64,000 nucleotides of DNA from Candidatus Nomurabacteria bacterium (GCA_026395965.1 JAPLXS010000006.1:118683-182682), one strand, 5' to 3'. Positions 9,088-22,062 are shown, numbered from the stretch's first letter. Numbers and translations: made by a program. Notes: a model not told the origin generated them from the letters alone.

Positions 9088-10551
9088 ATGAATGATTTCG
9101 CAAAATATAAAAAAAATATTACATCACAATGGGGAGAAGATGGCATTATTACAGAAATTTTTAAACGTATTGGCGTACAAGAAAAATTTTGTATTGAATT
9201 TGGAGCATGGGATGGCAAACATTTAAGTAATGTATGGAATTTATGGCATGAAATGAAATGGTCCGCGCTATTAATAGAAGGAGATAAAAATAAATGTAGA
9301 GACCTAGAGCAGTTTGTATCAGATTTTCCTAAGGTTAAACCATATTGTACATATGTTGAAGCAGAAGGAATAAATTCTCTAGATAAAATATTAGAAAAAA
9401 CATTTCCTAATAAAATAATTGATATTTTATCTATTGATATTGATGGAAATGATTATTATATATTTGAATCACTAAAAGCTAAACCAAGAGTTATAATTAT
9501 TGAATACAACCCTACTATTCCTCTTCATATAGATCTTGTACAAAAAACAGATGAATATTTTGGAGCATCAGCTCTTTCTATGTACAAACTTGCTCATAGT
9601 AAAGGATATAAACTAGTAACAATGACAGAAACAAACTTTTTTTTAATAAATGATAATGAATTTAAAAAATTAGGCATAAATGAACCTGCGCTGGAAGATA
9701 TTTTTTCTACAGACAATTTAACATATATAATGACTGCATATGATGGTACTCCTGCTTTAACTAAAATACCAACATACCACAACATCATTAAAAGAACAGA
9801 GAGAGAACTACATTTTAATGAAAATGAATTTATAACTATCAATTTAAAAAAATACAAACAGGAAAACCTGCTTATAAAACTATTTTTAAAACTACTTAAT
9901 AAAGTTTCTTTAAAGATTGATTTTTATACAAACAAAAACAATATTGATTTGCAATCAAAAAGAGTTATTCCTTGGTTTAAAATAAATGGAGATAAAACAT
10001 TAAGATTGGATTATCCCTTAAATTCTTCTTCTGTCGTAGTAGATGTGGGAGGATACGAAGGTCAATGGGCAAGTGACATATTTGCAAAATATAACTCTGA
10101 TATAATAATATTTGAACCTGTTAAACAATTTGCCCAACAGATAGAAGAAAGATTTTCTAAAAACAATAAAATAACTTGTTATAATGTAGGCCTTTCAAAT
10201 ATAGATAAAACTGAAAAAATATCACTCTTAGATGATAGTTCGTCATTATTTAAAAATAATACACAATTAGAAAATATTACATTAGTAAATACTAATAATT
10301 TTTTTGAGCAAAAAAATATTAATAGTATTGATCTTATAAAAATAAATATCGAAGGAGGTGAATATGATTTATTAGAAAATCTGATAGAAAATAAACTTAT
10401 TTCTAAAATAAAAAATATCCAAGTTCAATTTCACGACTTTGTCCCAAATGCAAAAGAAAGGATGGCAAATATACAAGAAAAACTGAAAGAAACTCATCAT
10501 ACAACATATCAATATGAATTTGTTTGGGAAAACTGGGAAAGAAATAATTAA
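9088..10551 (+). CDS. fusion of two FkbM-like SAM methyltransferase domains
   Basis: SQWGEDG..EFGAWDG..SIDIDGND domain followed by VVDVGGYEG..FEP..IKINIEGGEY..QVQFH domain. Confidence 0.8.
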   Translation: MNDFAKYKKNITSQWGEDGIITEIFKRIGVQEKFCIEFGAWDGKHLSNVWNLWHEMKWSALLIEGDKNKCRDLEQFVSDFPKVKPYCTYVEAEGINSLDKILEKTFPNKIIDILSIDIDGNDYYIFESLKAKPRVIIIEYNPTIPLHIDLVQKTDEYFGASALSMYKLAHSKGYKLVTMTETNFFLINDNEFKKLGINEPALEDIFSTDNLTYIMTAYDGTPALTKIPTYHNIIKRTERELHFNENEFITINLKKYKQENLLIKLFLKLLNKVSLKIDFYTNKNNIDLQSKRVIPWFKINGDKTLRLDYPLNSSSVVVDVGGYEGQWASDIFAKYNSDIIIFEPVKQFAQQIEERFSKNNKITCYNVGLSNIDKTEKISLLDDSSSLFKNNTQLENITLVNTNNFFEQKNINSIDLIKINIEGGEYDLLENLIENKLISKIKNIQVQFHDFVPNAKERMANIQEKLKETHHTTYQYEFVWENWERNN

Positions 10552-10555
10552 TTTT

Positions 10556-11371
10556 ATGCAAACAAGAATTTCAGTTATAATACCTACATACAATGGAGCC
10601 AAAACACTTGAAGCAGTTATAAAAAGTTGTCTTAAACAAACATTACAACCAATTGAGATACTTGTATGTGACGATGGATCTACAGATGAAAGCAAAATAA
10701 TAGTAGAACGAATAAATGACAATCGTGTTATTTGGGTCCCCTCTCAACATAGTGGAACTCCAGCCGTACCTAGAAATAATGGTATGAAAATAAGCAAAGG
10801 AGAATGGATTGCTTTTTGTGATAGTGACGATGAATGGCTACCCACAAAACTAGAAAAACAAATAAATTTAGCAATAAAATTAAAACTCAAAGCTGCGTGT
10901 ACAAGTGCTCTTATAAAAATAAACGGTAACATTAAAAATGAATTGGTTTCTAATTGGAATAAGGAGAATATTACATTTAGTAATATTCTAAAAAGTAATG
11001 ATATTGTATGTAGTTCAGTTATTATTCATAAATCAATAATCAATAACATTGGTGAATTTTCTACAGAAATTAAAAATAGAAGTTTCGCTGATTATATATA
11101 CTGGCTAAGAGTACTAACAGAAACTAATTTTGCCTTTGTGGTTGAACCACTCGTTATATATGACGACCACCCTGAAACTAGCATACGAAATGATAGGATA
11201 TCAGATAAAGAACTACAAGAGACATCATTTAATGATTTAATATCCTGGATGAAGAAAGATAAAAAAAACAAACTTAAAATTTTATATTTTAAGATACAAA
11301 TCTATCTATACAAAGTAAAACAAAAAAATATTAACATGATTAAAAATCATGTTAAATTAATAATAAAATGA
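10556..11371 (+). CDS. GT2 glycosyltransferase
   Basis: ISVIIPTYN, DDGSTD, FCDSDDEW; ATG 10556 preferred. Confidence 0.9.
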   Translation: MQTRISVIIPTYNGAKTLEAVIKSCLKQTLQPIEILVCDDGSTDESKIIVERINDNRVIWVPSQHSGTPAVPRNNGMKISKGEWIAFCDSDDEWLPTKLEKQINLAIKLKLKAACTSALIKINGNIKNELVSNWNKENITFSNILKSNDIVCSSVIIHKSIINNIGEFSTEIKNRSFADYIYWLRVLTETNFAFVVEPLVIYDDHPETSIRNDRISDKELQETSFNDLISWMKKDKKNKLKILYFKIQIYLYKVKQKNINMIKNHVKLIIK

Positions 11372-12951
11372 AAATAGGAATCTTATACATTTGCACGGGT
11401 AAATATACTATCTTTTGGAAAGATTTCTATTTGAGTATGGAAAAGAATTTTATAGAGGATTCCGAAAAACATTATTTTGTTTTTACTGATAGTAATGATA
11501 TTGATTTTGAAAATGAAAATCCTCGTATTCATAGAATACACCAAAATGATTTAGGCTGGCCATATAATACACTAAAGCGTTTCCATATATTTCTAGAACA
11601 TGAAAAAGAGTTAGTAAATATGGATTATTTATTCTTTTTTAATGCCAATTTATTTGTTTTAGAAAAAATTAATTCTAAAGAATTTTTACCTATAGATAAA
11701 GAAAATTTAGTTGCAACATTACACCCTGGATTTTATGATAAAGAAAAGATTAAATTTACATATGACCGAAATACCAAATCAACCGCATATATACCAAAAG
11801 GTTATGGGGATTCCTATTTTGCTGGTGGTTTGAATGGTGGTAAAACTATCAAATTCATAGAGGCAATGAAAATAATACGTGACAATGTAGATATTGATAA
11901 TAAAAAAAATGTTATTGCCCTATGGCACGATGAATCACATTGGAATAAATATTTAATAGAAAGATCAGATGTCAAAATACTAACACCTTCATACTTATAT
12001 CCTGAAGGTTGGACCCTACCCTTTAAACCTATAATACTTATTCGTGACAAAAATAAATATGGTGGACACAATTTATTGCGAAATAGTAAAAATACTTTTT
12101 ATAATATATTAATAAATGCACTTAGAAATATATTTTCTAAAATTGTAAAAAAAATTCCTAATTTATGGATACTTTTTATATATCACAAAACAAAAAGCAT
12201 AATCGAAACACAAGGAATAAAAATTGAAAAAACTCCTTTGTTAATAATAACTATAGCTTTCAATAATATTGAAATACTAAAAACACAATATATTTATATA
12301 AAAAATAATTTACAAGATGATTTCATATATATGATTGCTGATAATTCATCAGTACAAAATATATCTAATGAAATAAAAAAATATTGTAAAGACAACAAAA
12401 TTCCATATGTTAAACTCCCACCTAATCCATACAATAATCCGAGTAAATCACACGGGATGGCGTTAAATTGGACATATAAAAATATAGTAAAAACATACGA
12501 GCCTGTTTTATTTGGTTTCATAGACCATGATATATTCCCCTATCAAAAAACTTCTATAATATCCAGCATAAATAGTGGAATTTTCGGCCTCATTCAAGTA
12601 CGAAATGAAAAATGGTATTTATGGCCTGGATTTTGTTTTTATAAATATATAGGATTGAAAACAATTAAAATAAACTTTATGCCTAAAAAAGGACTAGATA
12701 CGGGTGGGGCAAATTATTACACACTTTATAAAAATATAAACAAAGATTTATTGATAAAAATACCACAAATATATATAGATATAAATACAAATACAGAAGT
12801 AAAAGGTATCAATGACACAAACACAGCAAATACAGTAGAGTGTATTGGTGACTGGCTTCACCTAATGAGAGTTTCAAACTGGAATAATAAAAATAATAAT
12901 AAAATTCATTCAGTTGAAGAAATTATATCCAAAGTTAAAAAAATACTTTAA
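11368..12951 (+). CDS. GT6 (ABO-like) glycosyltransferase fused to a second GT-like domain
   Basis: ICTGKY, YFVFTD, WPYNTLKRF, FFNAN (NXN), YFAGGLNGG, WHDESHWNKY; C-terminal domain with ADNSS, SHGMALN, DHDIFP. Confidence 0.85.
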   Translation: MKIGILYICTGKYTIFWKDFYLSMEKNFIEDSEKHYFVFTDSNDIDFENENPRIHRIHQNDLGWPYNTLKRFHIFLEHEKELVNMDYLFFFNANLFVLEKINSKEFLPIDKENLVATLHPGFYDKEKIKFTYDRNTKSTAYIPKGYGDSYFAGGLNGGKTIKFIEAMKIIRDNVDIDNKKNVIALWHDESHWNKYLIERSDVKILTPSYLYPEGWTLPFKPIILIRDKNKYGGHNLLRNSKNTFYNILINALRNIFSKIVKKIPNLWILFIYHKTKSIIETQGIKIEKTPLLIITIAFNNIEILKTQYIYIKNNLQDDFIYMIADNSSVQNISNEIKKYCKDNKIPYVKLPPNPYNNPSKSHGMALNWTYKNIVKTYEPVLFGFIDHDIFPYQKTSIISSINSGIFGLIQVRNEKWYLWPGFCFYKYIGLKTIKINFMPKKGLDTGGANYYTLYKNINKDLLIKIPQIYIDINTNTEVKGINDTNTANTVECIGDWLHLMRVSNWNNKNNNKIHSVEEIISKVKKIL

Positions 12952-12955
12952 ATTA

Positions 12956-13804
12956 CTACCAATTCTTTTTGTAAAATTTAATTAATTTATTTAGAGAAAA
13001 TTTAATAGGTGATTTCAAAATCAAACCATAGACCACCAGTCTGGCATAAGAACGAATAATTGCTCCAAAATAATTGGGGTATTTATTTTTATAATTTTTA
13101 ATTAATTTTATATCTTTTTTAAATTGATCTATTTTATTGGTTGAGCTAATACTACCCTCTCTTGAGGTAAATTTAACTGCATATATAGGTAAATTGGCAA
13201 ACTTGCCTATTGTTCCTAGCTTAAGCCACAAATCATAATCCTCGACATGTCGTGTATCTTTTGATTCATCATATCCATTAAAACCCAGAACTGCATCTTT
13301 TTTAAACATTACGCTAGAGTGCACAAAACAATTTTTGCCTAGAATTTTATTTCTTATTTCTCTGTCACTTCCTGGTAATAAATATCTAAATAATTCATTA
13401 TTATTGTCATTTACCACAACAACCCCTGTACCTACTAAAACAATATCCAGATTGTTATTTAAAAATTCAACTTGTTTATGAAGCTTATCTTTATCTACCC
13501 ATTCATCGTCATCGTCAATGCGGGCAATATATTCCCCCTTTGCTTCTTTTAAGCCCCTATTTAGAGTTTTTTGAATTCCTAGATTTATTTTATTTTTGAA
13601 ATATTTTATTCTTTTGTCATCTTTTACTAAATTATCAATCACAAACTCTGTATTATCAATAGAACCATCATCTACCACTAAAAGCTCCCAGTTATCATAT
13701 GACTGGCTAATAATACTCTTTACCGCATCTACTATGCGACCTGAGCCATTATATGTAGGTAATATGATTGATACTAATTTATCCATAATTATATCCTTAT
13801 CCAT
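12956..13804 (-). CDS. GT2 glycosyltransferase
   Basis: VSIILPTYN, DDGSID, ARIDDDDEW, EDYDLWL. Confidence 0.9.
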   Translation of the reverse strand: MDKDIIMDKLVSIILPTYNGSGRIVDAVKSIISQSYDNWELLVVDDGSIDNTEFVIDNLVKDDKRIKYFKNKINLGIQKTLNRGLKEAKGEYIARIDDDDEWVDKDKLHKQVEFLNNNLDIVLVGTGVVVVNDNNNELFRYLLPGSDREIRNKILGKNCFVHSSVMFKKDAVLGFNGYDESKDTRHVEDYDLWLKLGTIGKFANLPIYAVKFTSREGSISSTNKIDQFKKDIKLIKNYKNKYPNYFGAIIRSYARLVVYGLILKSPIKFSLNKLIKFYKKNW

Positions 13805-14667
13805 TCTTTTGGTATTAAATCATCACTGTTAATACTTGCATCTCCAAACCATTTTTTGGGAACAATAACTATTTTGTCTTTATGTACAGAAAGCCATGCA
13901 GCCCACCATGAAAACGAGCTATTGGGTATTATAAAACTATGACACGCAGACATCAAAGAAAAATGCCCTTCTGCTTTTATACCTGAATATTCTTCTCCTA
14001 CAAACATAACAGGAAAATCAAATTTCATATTATCTTCACACCATTTTACATCGTCAGAAAAAACATATATTTTGTCTATTTTTGTTTTTTCACTTAATAT
14101 TTTAATACCTTTATCATAATATTCTTTTCCTACTATTTCGTGATTTGAATTTCCTACATAGTCTCCTCTTCTCACATGAATACATAGTGAATTTTCTTTT
14201 TTTATTACTTCCATTAAATTTTTAATATTTAATGATAATTCATCTTTTAAAGTAAAATCTTTACGTATAATATCTTCTATATCAGCAAAATATTTATAGC
14301 TTTGCCAGTATCCATCTAGATAAGCATTTGAACCAATATTTAAAATAGTTAGGTCAAAGTTAAAACTTTTTTCTATACCTCTTAATCTAAAAAATTTCCT
14401 TCTAAAATAATCAAAATATAAACCAAATTTACCATTGAAATTTCTATACAAAAAAGGAATTTTTGATTGTGATACACGATCAACATTTATTATATTAAAA
14501 ATATCTAGATCATACTCTCTAAATGTAAAATTTGGACGTGGAGTTCTGTCCAACAAAAAACTTAAATCTAGTCCTAAGGAAGTGCCATATTTAACAGAAA
14601 GAGCCCTACCTAGAGCATATTGAAACATTTGATTCCCCATTCCACCTTTTAGTTTTGTAATAATCAT
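13789..14667 (-). CDS. GT11 alpha-1,2-fucosyltransferase
   Basis: [42 protein letters not shown]. Confidence 0.92.
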   Translation of the reverse strand: MIITKLKGGMGNQMFQYALGRALSVKYGTSLGLDLSFLLDRTPRPNFTFREYDLDIFNIINVDRVSQSKIPFLYRNFNGKFGLYFDYFRRKFFRLRGIEKSFNFDLTILNIGSNAYLDGYWQSYKYFADIEDIIRKDFTLKDELSLNIKNLMEVIKKENSLCIHVRRGDYVGNSNHEIVGKEYYDKGIKILSEKTKIDKIYVFSDDVKWCEDNMKFDFPVMFVGEEYSGIKAEGHFSLMSACHSFIIPNSSFSWWAAWLSVHKDKIVIVPKKWFGDASINSDDLIPKEWIRI

Positions 14668-15596
14668 TTATTTATATTTTCTTTATACCATTCATAAGTT
14701 CTCTTTATACCATCATTCAAATTTATTTTAGGACTCCATCCGAGTGCTTTTAATTTGGAAATATCGAGCAATTTTCTAGGTGTTCCATCTGGTTTCGATG
14801 AATCCCATACAATACTACCTTTGTATCCAACAATATCTTTTATAGTATTTGCCAGTTCTAAAATAGACAAATCCTCTCCTGTACCAATATTTATAATCTC
14901 TGGACTCGAATAATTATTCATCAAAAAAATACAAGCAGAAGCTAAGTCGTCTACATGTAAAAATTCTCGCTTTGGACTACCGCTACCCCAAAGATTCACC
15001 TCATTTATATTATTCTTCACAGCATCGTCAAATTTCCTTATCATTGCTGGAAGTACATGAGAACTCTCTAAATCAAAATTGTCGTTTTCCCCGTACAGAT
15101 TTGTAGGCATAACGCTTATCGCATTCATACCGTATTCCTTTGCATATGACTGACACATAACTATACCTGCTATCTTTGCTATAGCATACGCCTTGTTTGT
15201 AGGTTCCAGTTCTCCTGTTAATAAATACTCCTCTTTTATGGGCTGTAGAGCTATCCTAGGGTATATACACGAGCTGCCTAGAAATAGTAGCTTCTTTGTA
15301 TTGTTCTTATAAGCAGAGTCTATTATATTGGTCTCCATCATTAGATTCTCAGCTATAAATGATGCTGGGTAACTATTATTGGCAACTATGCCACCAACTT
15401 TTGCAGCGGCAAGAAATACGTATTCTGGCTTCTCTTCTTGAAAGAATTTAGCCACACTTAGTTGCGAGGTTAAATCTAGTTCTGTATGAGTTTTGGATAT
15501 TATATTTGTATATCCATCTTTTTTTAGTTCACGAATAAGAGCAGATCCTACGAGCCCACTGTGTCCTGCTATATATATCTTTGAATTCTTTTCCAT
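14664..15596 (-). CDS. fcl: GDP-L-fucose synthase
   Basis: [51 protein letters not shown]. Confidence 0.95.
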   Translation of the reverse strand: MEKNSKIYIAGHSGLVGSALIRELKKDGYTNIISKTHTELDLTSQLSVAKFFQEEKPEYVFLAAAKVGGIVANNSYPASFIAENLMMETNIIDSAYKNNTKKLLFLGSSCIYPRIALQPIKEEYLLTGELEPTNKAYAIAKIAGIVMCQSYAKEYGMNAISVMPTNLYGENDNFDLESSHVLPAMIRKFDDAVKNNINEVNLWGSGSPKREFLHVDDLASACIFLMNNYSSPEIINIGTGEDLSILELANTIKDIVGYKGSIVWDSSKPDGTPRKLLDISKLKALGWSPKINLNDGIKRTYEWYKENINK

Positions 15597-15872
15597 CACG
15601 TATGAAATAGGAATCGTTTTAAACGTGAATTTAAATATCTTCTTCCCATTCCTGTTTTTAAGTATAATTCTCTCGACAGTGCGTCTTCTTTATTTAAGCA
15701 TGCTTCGTAATATATTATATCATATGGTCCTCGTCCTTTTGTATAAGTTGATTTACCTTTGTTATGTTGTTTAAAACGTTTCCGTAAGTCACTCGTATAT
15801 CCAATATACCATTTACCATCTTTTTTACTTTTTAGTACGTAAGTATAGAACATATTTTATTTCATACGTGAT
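15595..15872. mobile_element. putative minimal element: GIY-YIG gene bounded by perfect 15-bp inverted repeats
   Basis: ATCACGTATGAAATA (15595-15609) and TATTTCATACGTGAT (15858-15872), inserted between gmd and fcl. Confidence 0.55.
15596..15853 (-). CDS. small GIY-YIG nuclease (UPF0213/COG2827-like)
   Basis: [36 protein letters not shown]. Confidence 0.9.
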   Translation of the reverse strand: MFYTYVLKSKKDGKWYIGYTSDLRKRFKQHNKGKSTYTKGRGPYDIIYYEACLNKEDALSRELYLKTGMGRRYLNSRLKRFLFHT

Positions 15873-15895
15873 AAATCATAAATAGAAATATATTT

Positions 15896-16957
15896 TTATA
15901 CTAAATAATCCTTACTTGAAATACCTCTATCTTCAAACTCTTCTTTCATCATTAAAACAACTAAATCTTTAAATTTAATATTTGTATCCCAGTTTAGTTT
16001 CTCTTTTGCTTTTGTGCTATCACCCAAAAGTATATCTACTTCAGATGGTCTGTAATATGTGGGGTCGATACTCACCAACACTTTTCCAGATTTTTCGTCT
16101 ATACCCTCTTCATTTAAACCTTCGCCTCTCCATACTATTTTATAGCCCACAAGCGAAGCAGCCTCTTCTACAAACTCTCTCACTGTATGAGTCTCTCCTG
16201 TCGATATAACATAATCATCTGGGGTGTCTTGCTGCAACATGAGCCACATAGCCTCTACGTAGTCTTTTGCATAACCCCAGTCTCTCTTTGCTTCTAGATT
16301 TCCTAGAAATATCTTTTCTTTTTTACCAAGTTTTATATCGGCCAGACCTTCTACTATTTTTTTGGTTACAAAGGTTCTACCTCGTCTTGGGGACTCATGA
16401 TTAAAAAGTATTCCATTACAAATAAACATACCATATGAATCACGATAATTATTACATATCATATGTGAAAAAACTTTGGCACAACCATATGGACTTTGTG
16501 GATTAAATGGAGTTTTTTCACTCTGAGGAACTTCTGATACTTTTCCAAACATTTCACTAGAACCTGCTTGATAGAATTTTATTTTAGGATTGGCTTCTTT
16601 TATTACATCAAGCATGCGAAGAGTTCCAAGTGCGTCCACATTTGCAGTATATTCTGGAATATCAAAACTTACTCTCACATGACTCTGTGCTCCAAGATTG
16701 TATACCTCCTCTGGATTACTTAGTTTTATTACTCTTAAAATACTATTTGAGTCAGAAAGATCACCATAATGAAGTATTAGATTTTTATTGTCGGTATGGG
16801 GGTCTTGATATATTTTTTCCAATCTTTCGGTATTAAAACTTGATGACCGTCTTATCATTCCGTGAACTTCATACCCTTTTTCTAAAAGTAATTCTGCTAG
16901 ATATGAACCATCCTGACCTGTGATACCTATTATTAGTGCTCGTTTTTTTGTTTTCAT
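15896..16957 (-). CDS. gmd: GDP-mannose 4,6-dehydratase
   Basis: [44 protein letters not shown]. Confidence 0.97.
   Translation of the reverse strand: MKTKKRALIIGITGQDGSYLAELLLEKGYEVHGMIRRSSSFNTERLEKIYQDPHTDNKNLILHYGDLSDSNSILRVIKLSNPEEVYNLGAQSHVRVSFDIPEYTANVDALGTLRMLDVIKEANPKIKFYQAGSSEMFGKVSEVPQSEKTPFNPQSPYGCAKVFSHMICNNYRDSYGMFICNGILFNHESPRRGRTFVTKKIVEGLADIKLGKKEKIFLGNLEAKRDWGYAKDYVEAMWLMLQQDTPDDYVISTGETHTVREFVEEAASLVGYKIVWRGEGLNEEGIDEKSGKVLVSIDPTYYRPSEVDILLGDSTKAKEKLNWDTNIKFKDLVVLMMKEEFEDRGISSKDYLV
16865..16948. repeat. 84-bp direct repeat copy 1 (5' end of intact gmd)
   Basis: identical to 17859-17942. Confidence 0.95.
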
Positions 16958-17001
16958 AATTTATTATGGTTTATTTATTAATTACTATTATCGAAAAATA
17001 T

Positions 17002-17622
17002 TTATCGCCAGCTTTCTGGCAATACTATATCTCCAACAGAATCAGAAATAATACCAGCGAACTGACTTTCTTTCAAAACTCCTTCGCGAATCTTTTTAAC
17101 AAAAGAAGCGATCTTTTTTAATTCTATTGTGTTTTTTTCATATGGACTAATAACAACTACAGGTAAATTTAATTCTTCTATTACTATTTTTATTGGTTCT
17201 ACTAAATCAGAGTCATTGGAAATAACAATAGCCATATCATAAAGACCTTTATATCCATCATTTATTAAATGGGATGCTATATTAACATCTGTTCCTTTCT
17301 CTTCTGTTTTTATAACCTTTGTATATCCTTTTTCTTCAGCATTCTTCATCAAAATAGAATGAGTTAAAAAAGTCCCTTTTATAATTTCAACATTGGGTAA
17401 AGTTTTTAAAGCACGAAGATACACTTGTTGTCTATTTGGCTTGTCATAATCAGAATCATTTTCTCTTATTTTTACCAGAGCTGTAAAATATTTTATTTTT
17501 GAAATTTCATGATTTGGGAAAAGTAAACAAGATAATTTATTGATATTAAGCCATTTATATTTACTATTTTTAAAACAACCATAATATAGATTAAATCCGT
17601 CTATGTATACGTGGAGTCTCAT
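17002..17622 (-). CDS. NYN (LabA/DUF88, PIN-like) domain predicted RNase
   Basis: VYIDGFNLYY, KIKYFTA, EEKGTDVNIA, ISNDSDL. Confidence 0.9.
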   Translation of the reverse strand: MRLHVYIDGFNLYYGCFKNSKYKWLNINKLSCLLFPNHEISKIKYFTALVKIRENDSDYDKPNRQQVYLRALKTLPNVEIIKGTFLTHSILMKNAEEKGYTKVIKTEEKGTDVNIASHLINDGYKGLYDMAIVISNDSDLVEPIKIVIEELNLPVVVISPYEKNTIELKKIASFVKKIREGVLKESQFAGIISDSVGDIVLPESWR

Positions 17623-17639
17623 TTCAATATAATACTAGT

Positions 17640-17704
17640 AAAATGCAGAAACCGCAACTTACGTTGCGGTTTCGCGTCCTGCCACCGAAGCAACAAGAGA
17701 TGTA
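17640..17704 (-). ncRNA. candidate two-hairpin small RNA upstream of the NYN gene
   Basis: UCUUGUUGC-uucg-GUGGCAGGA (four G.U pairs, cUUCGg loop) then GAAACCGCAAC-guaa-GUUGCGGUUUC; promoter directly upstream. Confidence 0.65.
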
Positions 17705-17709
17705 CTTAT

Positions 17710-17739
17710 ATATTACCATTATACTTTTACTAAAGTCAA
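17710..17739 (-). promoter_or_regulatory. promoter of the small RNA/NYN unit
   Basis: TTGACT, 18 nt, extended TGG-TAATAT. Confidence 0.6.
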
Positions 17740-17855
17740 GTAATTACTCTAATTTATATATGATAATATTCTCCAGTGATAAATGGACCTTTCCTTAGCA
17801 TTGTTTAATTATATTAAACCTATTACCCTTACGTAAGGACTGTCCTTGCAAGTTC

Positions 17856-20034
<2,179 letters not shown>

Positions 20035-20059
20035 GTTATTTATTATACACTGTAAAATA

Positions 20060-20090
20060 CAAAAAACCACCCATAAAGGATGGTTTTTTG
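20060..20090 (-). terminator. intrinsic terminator after the S-layer-like gene
   Basis: caaaaaacca/tggttttttg hairpin. Confidence 0.65.
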
Positions 20091-20158
20091 TATAAATTTA
20101 AGGTTATATATCCTGGTTTAAACTTTTAGATTAAACCAATCCAACCAACATCTACAGA

Positions 20159-21922
20159 CTAGAAACTAGCTGTAAGTGTAAGTGCTGTAAGACCATTAGT
20201 TATAGATGCGCCAGTTGGAGTTCCTGAAGCTGTTCCATAATTGATTGCAGTAGCAGCAATTGTTGTTGTTGAATTTGATGCACCACGTAGAGCAGCTGCA
20301 AATGTAAATGTGCGAGCTGAACTTGCTGGTATTACATATGAAACGCCTGCTGTATCACCTACCATTGTTGATGGTGCTGATGCAGTTACGTTTGATAATG
20401 CTGTAGCATAACCTGTACCAGAAACTGTCATAAATGTAAGTGGTGTAGCACTTACATACAAGTCGTTGTTACTGTTGTTTGTTAGAGTAAATACATATGT
20501 TGCATTGTATCCAACTGTACTATTACCTTGTACAATTGCTGCACCTAGGGTTGCTGAAGAAGCACTTAGGGCAACTGCGTTTGTAGTTAGAGTAAGAGTA
20601 CTTGCTGTACGAGTACCAGCTGTTAATGTTGCTGTACCATAGTTAGCATCTGTTACAGTAATATTAGCTGCATCAAATGATGTAGCAACTGAAGCAGATC
20701 CTGGAAGTGCCTTTATATCAGCTTTGATAGTAAAGTCTGTCCAAACATCTAATGCTAAAGGAACAGTTAAGTTACTAAATGTAACAACACCTGTACTTGT
20801 ATTTAATGATCCACCTGCAACATCTGTTCCATTTACTATTAATCTAAAATTACTGAAGTCTGTTTTAGTTCCAGCAATTAAAGTAACTGGTAATGTGTTT
20901 AGTGTTGCTGTGTTGTTTGATGCCTTAATACTGAACACACCTAGAGTAGCACCAGCTGTTGTTTGTGTAAGAGAAACAATTTGCTGGCCTGCTAATGGTG
21001 ATGAAGGACTAAGTCTTGAGTATATAACTGCTACAGAACCTGTTGCAGTTAATGTTACTGTATTTTCTCCTGCTGGTGATACTGGATTAATAGTATCAAA
21101 GTAACCAACTTCACTTGTTGTTCTTATTCCATTCAAAGTAGTAGTAACATTTTGAGTTGTTATAATCTTGTCTGTTGCAGAAAGAACTGATGCACTAACA
21201 GCTAAGTCAGGATTTGTTCCTGGAGTAACTGTGTAGTTAAGACCATCAAATCTTACTAGATAGTCAGAACCAACTGTTATTTCTGTTGAATCAGCTGAAC
21301 TTGAAAGAGTCTTTGTTGCAAGAACTTTTCCACTGTTGTCATGAAGTGTAACTGTACTGAAGAACAACCATGGTCTTACAGAGAAGTGTGCATCAACACG
21401 AGAAACCTTAACTGGACCTGCTGTTGCTTGTAATCTTACTGCTGCTACATCTTTAGTTTCACCTTTCTTAATTGAAATAAGAGAAGCAACATATGATGAA
21501 GTTGAAGCTGTAAGTGATCCATCTGTATTACCTGTAGCTACTGTTGTAGCTGTAGTTCCACATGATGCACCTGTTGTTGAACTAAACAAAGCACCTGCTG
21601 TACATCCTGCTACTGTTGTAGTAGTTGTTGTAGTTGTAGTTGTAGTTGTAGTTGAACCTGCGTTTGCTTTAGCCATTGAAGCTTTACCAAACATTCCATC
21701 AGCTGTTAAACCGTTTGCTGCTTGCCAAACTTTAACTTTAGCTGCTGTCATTTTACCGAAAGAACCGTCTGCTGGTGAACCTACAAGAGTCTGAAGAGTC
21801 TTTACGTATTCACCTTTACTACCAACCTTTAGGGTCATAGTACCGAAATCATAAGAAGCGAATGCTGTTGTTGTAACAAGAGCAAATGCAACCAATGTTC
21901 CTACTAAATATTTTTTGAACAT
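20159..21922 (-). CDS. secreted S-layer-like protein with peptidoglycan-binding domain
   Basis: signal peptide, LKVGSKGEYVKTLQ...ADGSFG..T..KVKVWQ..NGLTADG PG-binding motif, poly-Thr linker, Thr/Ala/Ser-rich beta domains. Confidence 0.8.
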   Translation of the reverse strand: MFKKYLVGTLVAFALVTTTAFASYDFGTMTLKVGSKGEYVKTLQTLVGSPADGSFGKMTAAKVKVWQAANGLTADGMFGKASMAKANAGSTTTTTTTTTTTTTVAGCTAGALFSSTTGASCGTTATTVATGNTDGSLTASTSSYVASLISIKKGETKDVAAVRLQATAGPVKVSRVDAHFSVRPWLFFSTVTLHDNSGKVLATKTLSSSADSTEITVGSDYLVRFDGLNYTVTPGTNPDLAVSASVLSATDKIITTQNVTTTLNGIRTTSEVGYFDTINPVSPAGENTVTLTATGSVAVIYSRLSPSSPLAGQQIVSLTQTTAGATLGVFSIKASNNTATLNTLPVTLIAGTKTDFSNFRLIVNGTDVAGGSLNTSTGVVTFSNLTVPLALDVWTDFTIKADIKALPGSASVATSFDAANITVTDANYGTATLTAGTRTASTLTLTTNAVALSASSATLGAAIVQGNSTVGYNATYVFTLTNNSNNDLYVSATPLTFMTVSGTGYATALSNVTASAPSTMVGDTAGVSYVIPASSARTFTFAAALRGASNSTTTIAATAINYGTASGTPTGASITNGLTALTLTASF

Positions 21923-22027
21923 AATGTTTTTATAATTGTATACACGTTTAAATTAATTTCGACTAATCTCTGGGTACGACTAATAATAATGTACTCAAAG
22001 AAAAAAATTAATGTGTGTGTATTTAAT

Positions 22028-22062
22028 AAGAATTAAGAATTAGGAATTAATAATTAGGAATT
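22028..22062 (+). repeat. tandem heptamer repeat AATTA(G/A)(G/T)
   Basis: aagaattaagaattaggaattaataattaggaatt; similar tracts near 22431, 22700, 23841, 24002, 26516, 28243, 29872, 54151. Confidence 0.8.
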
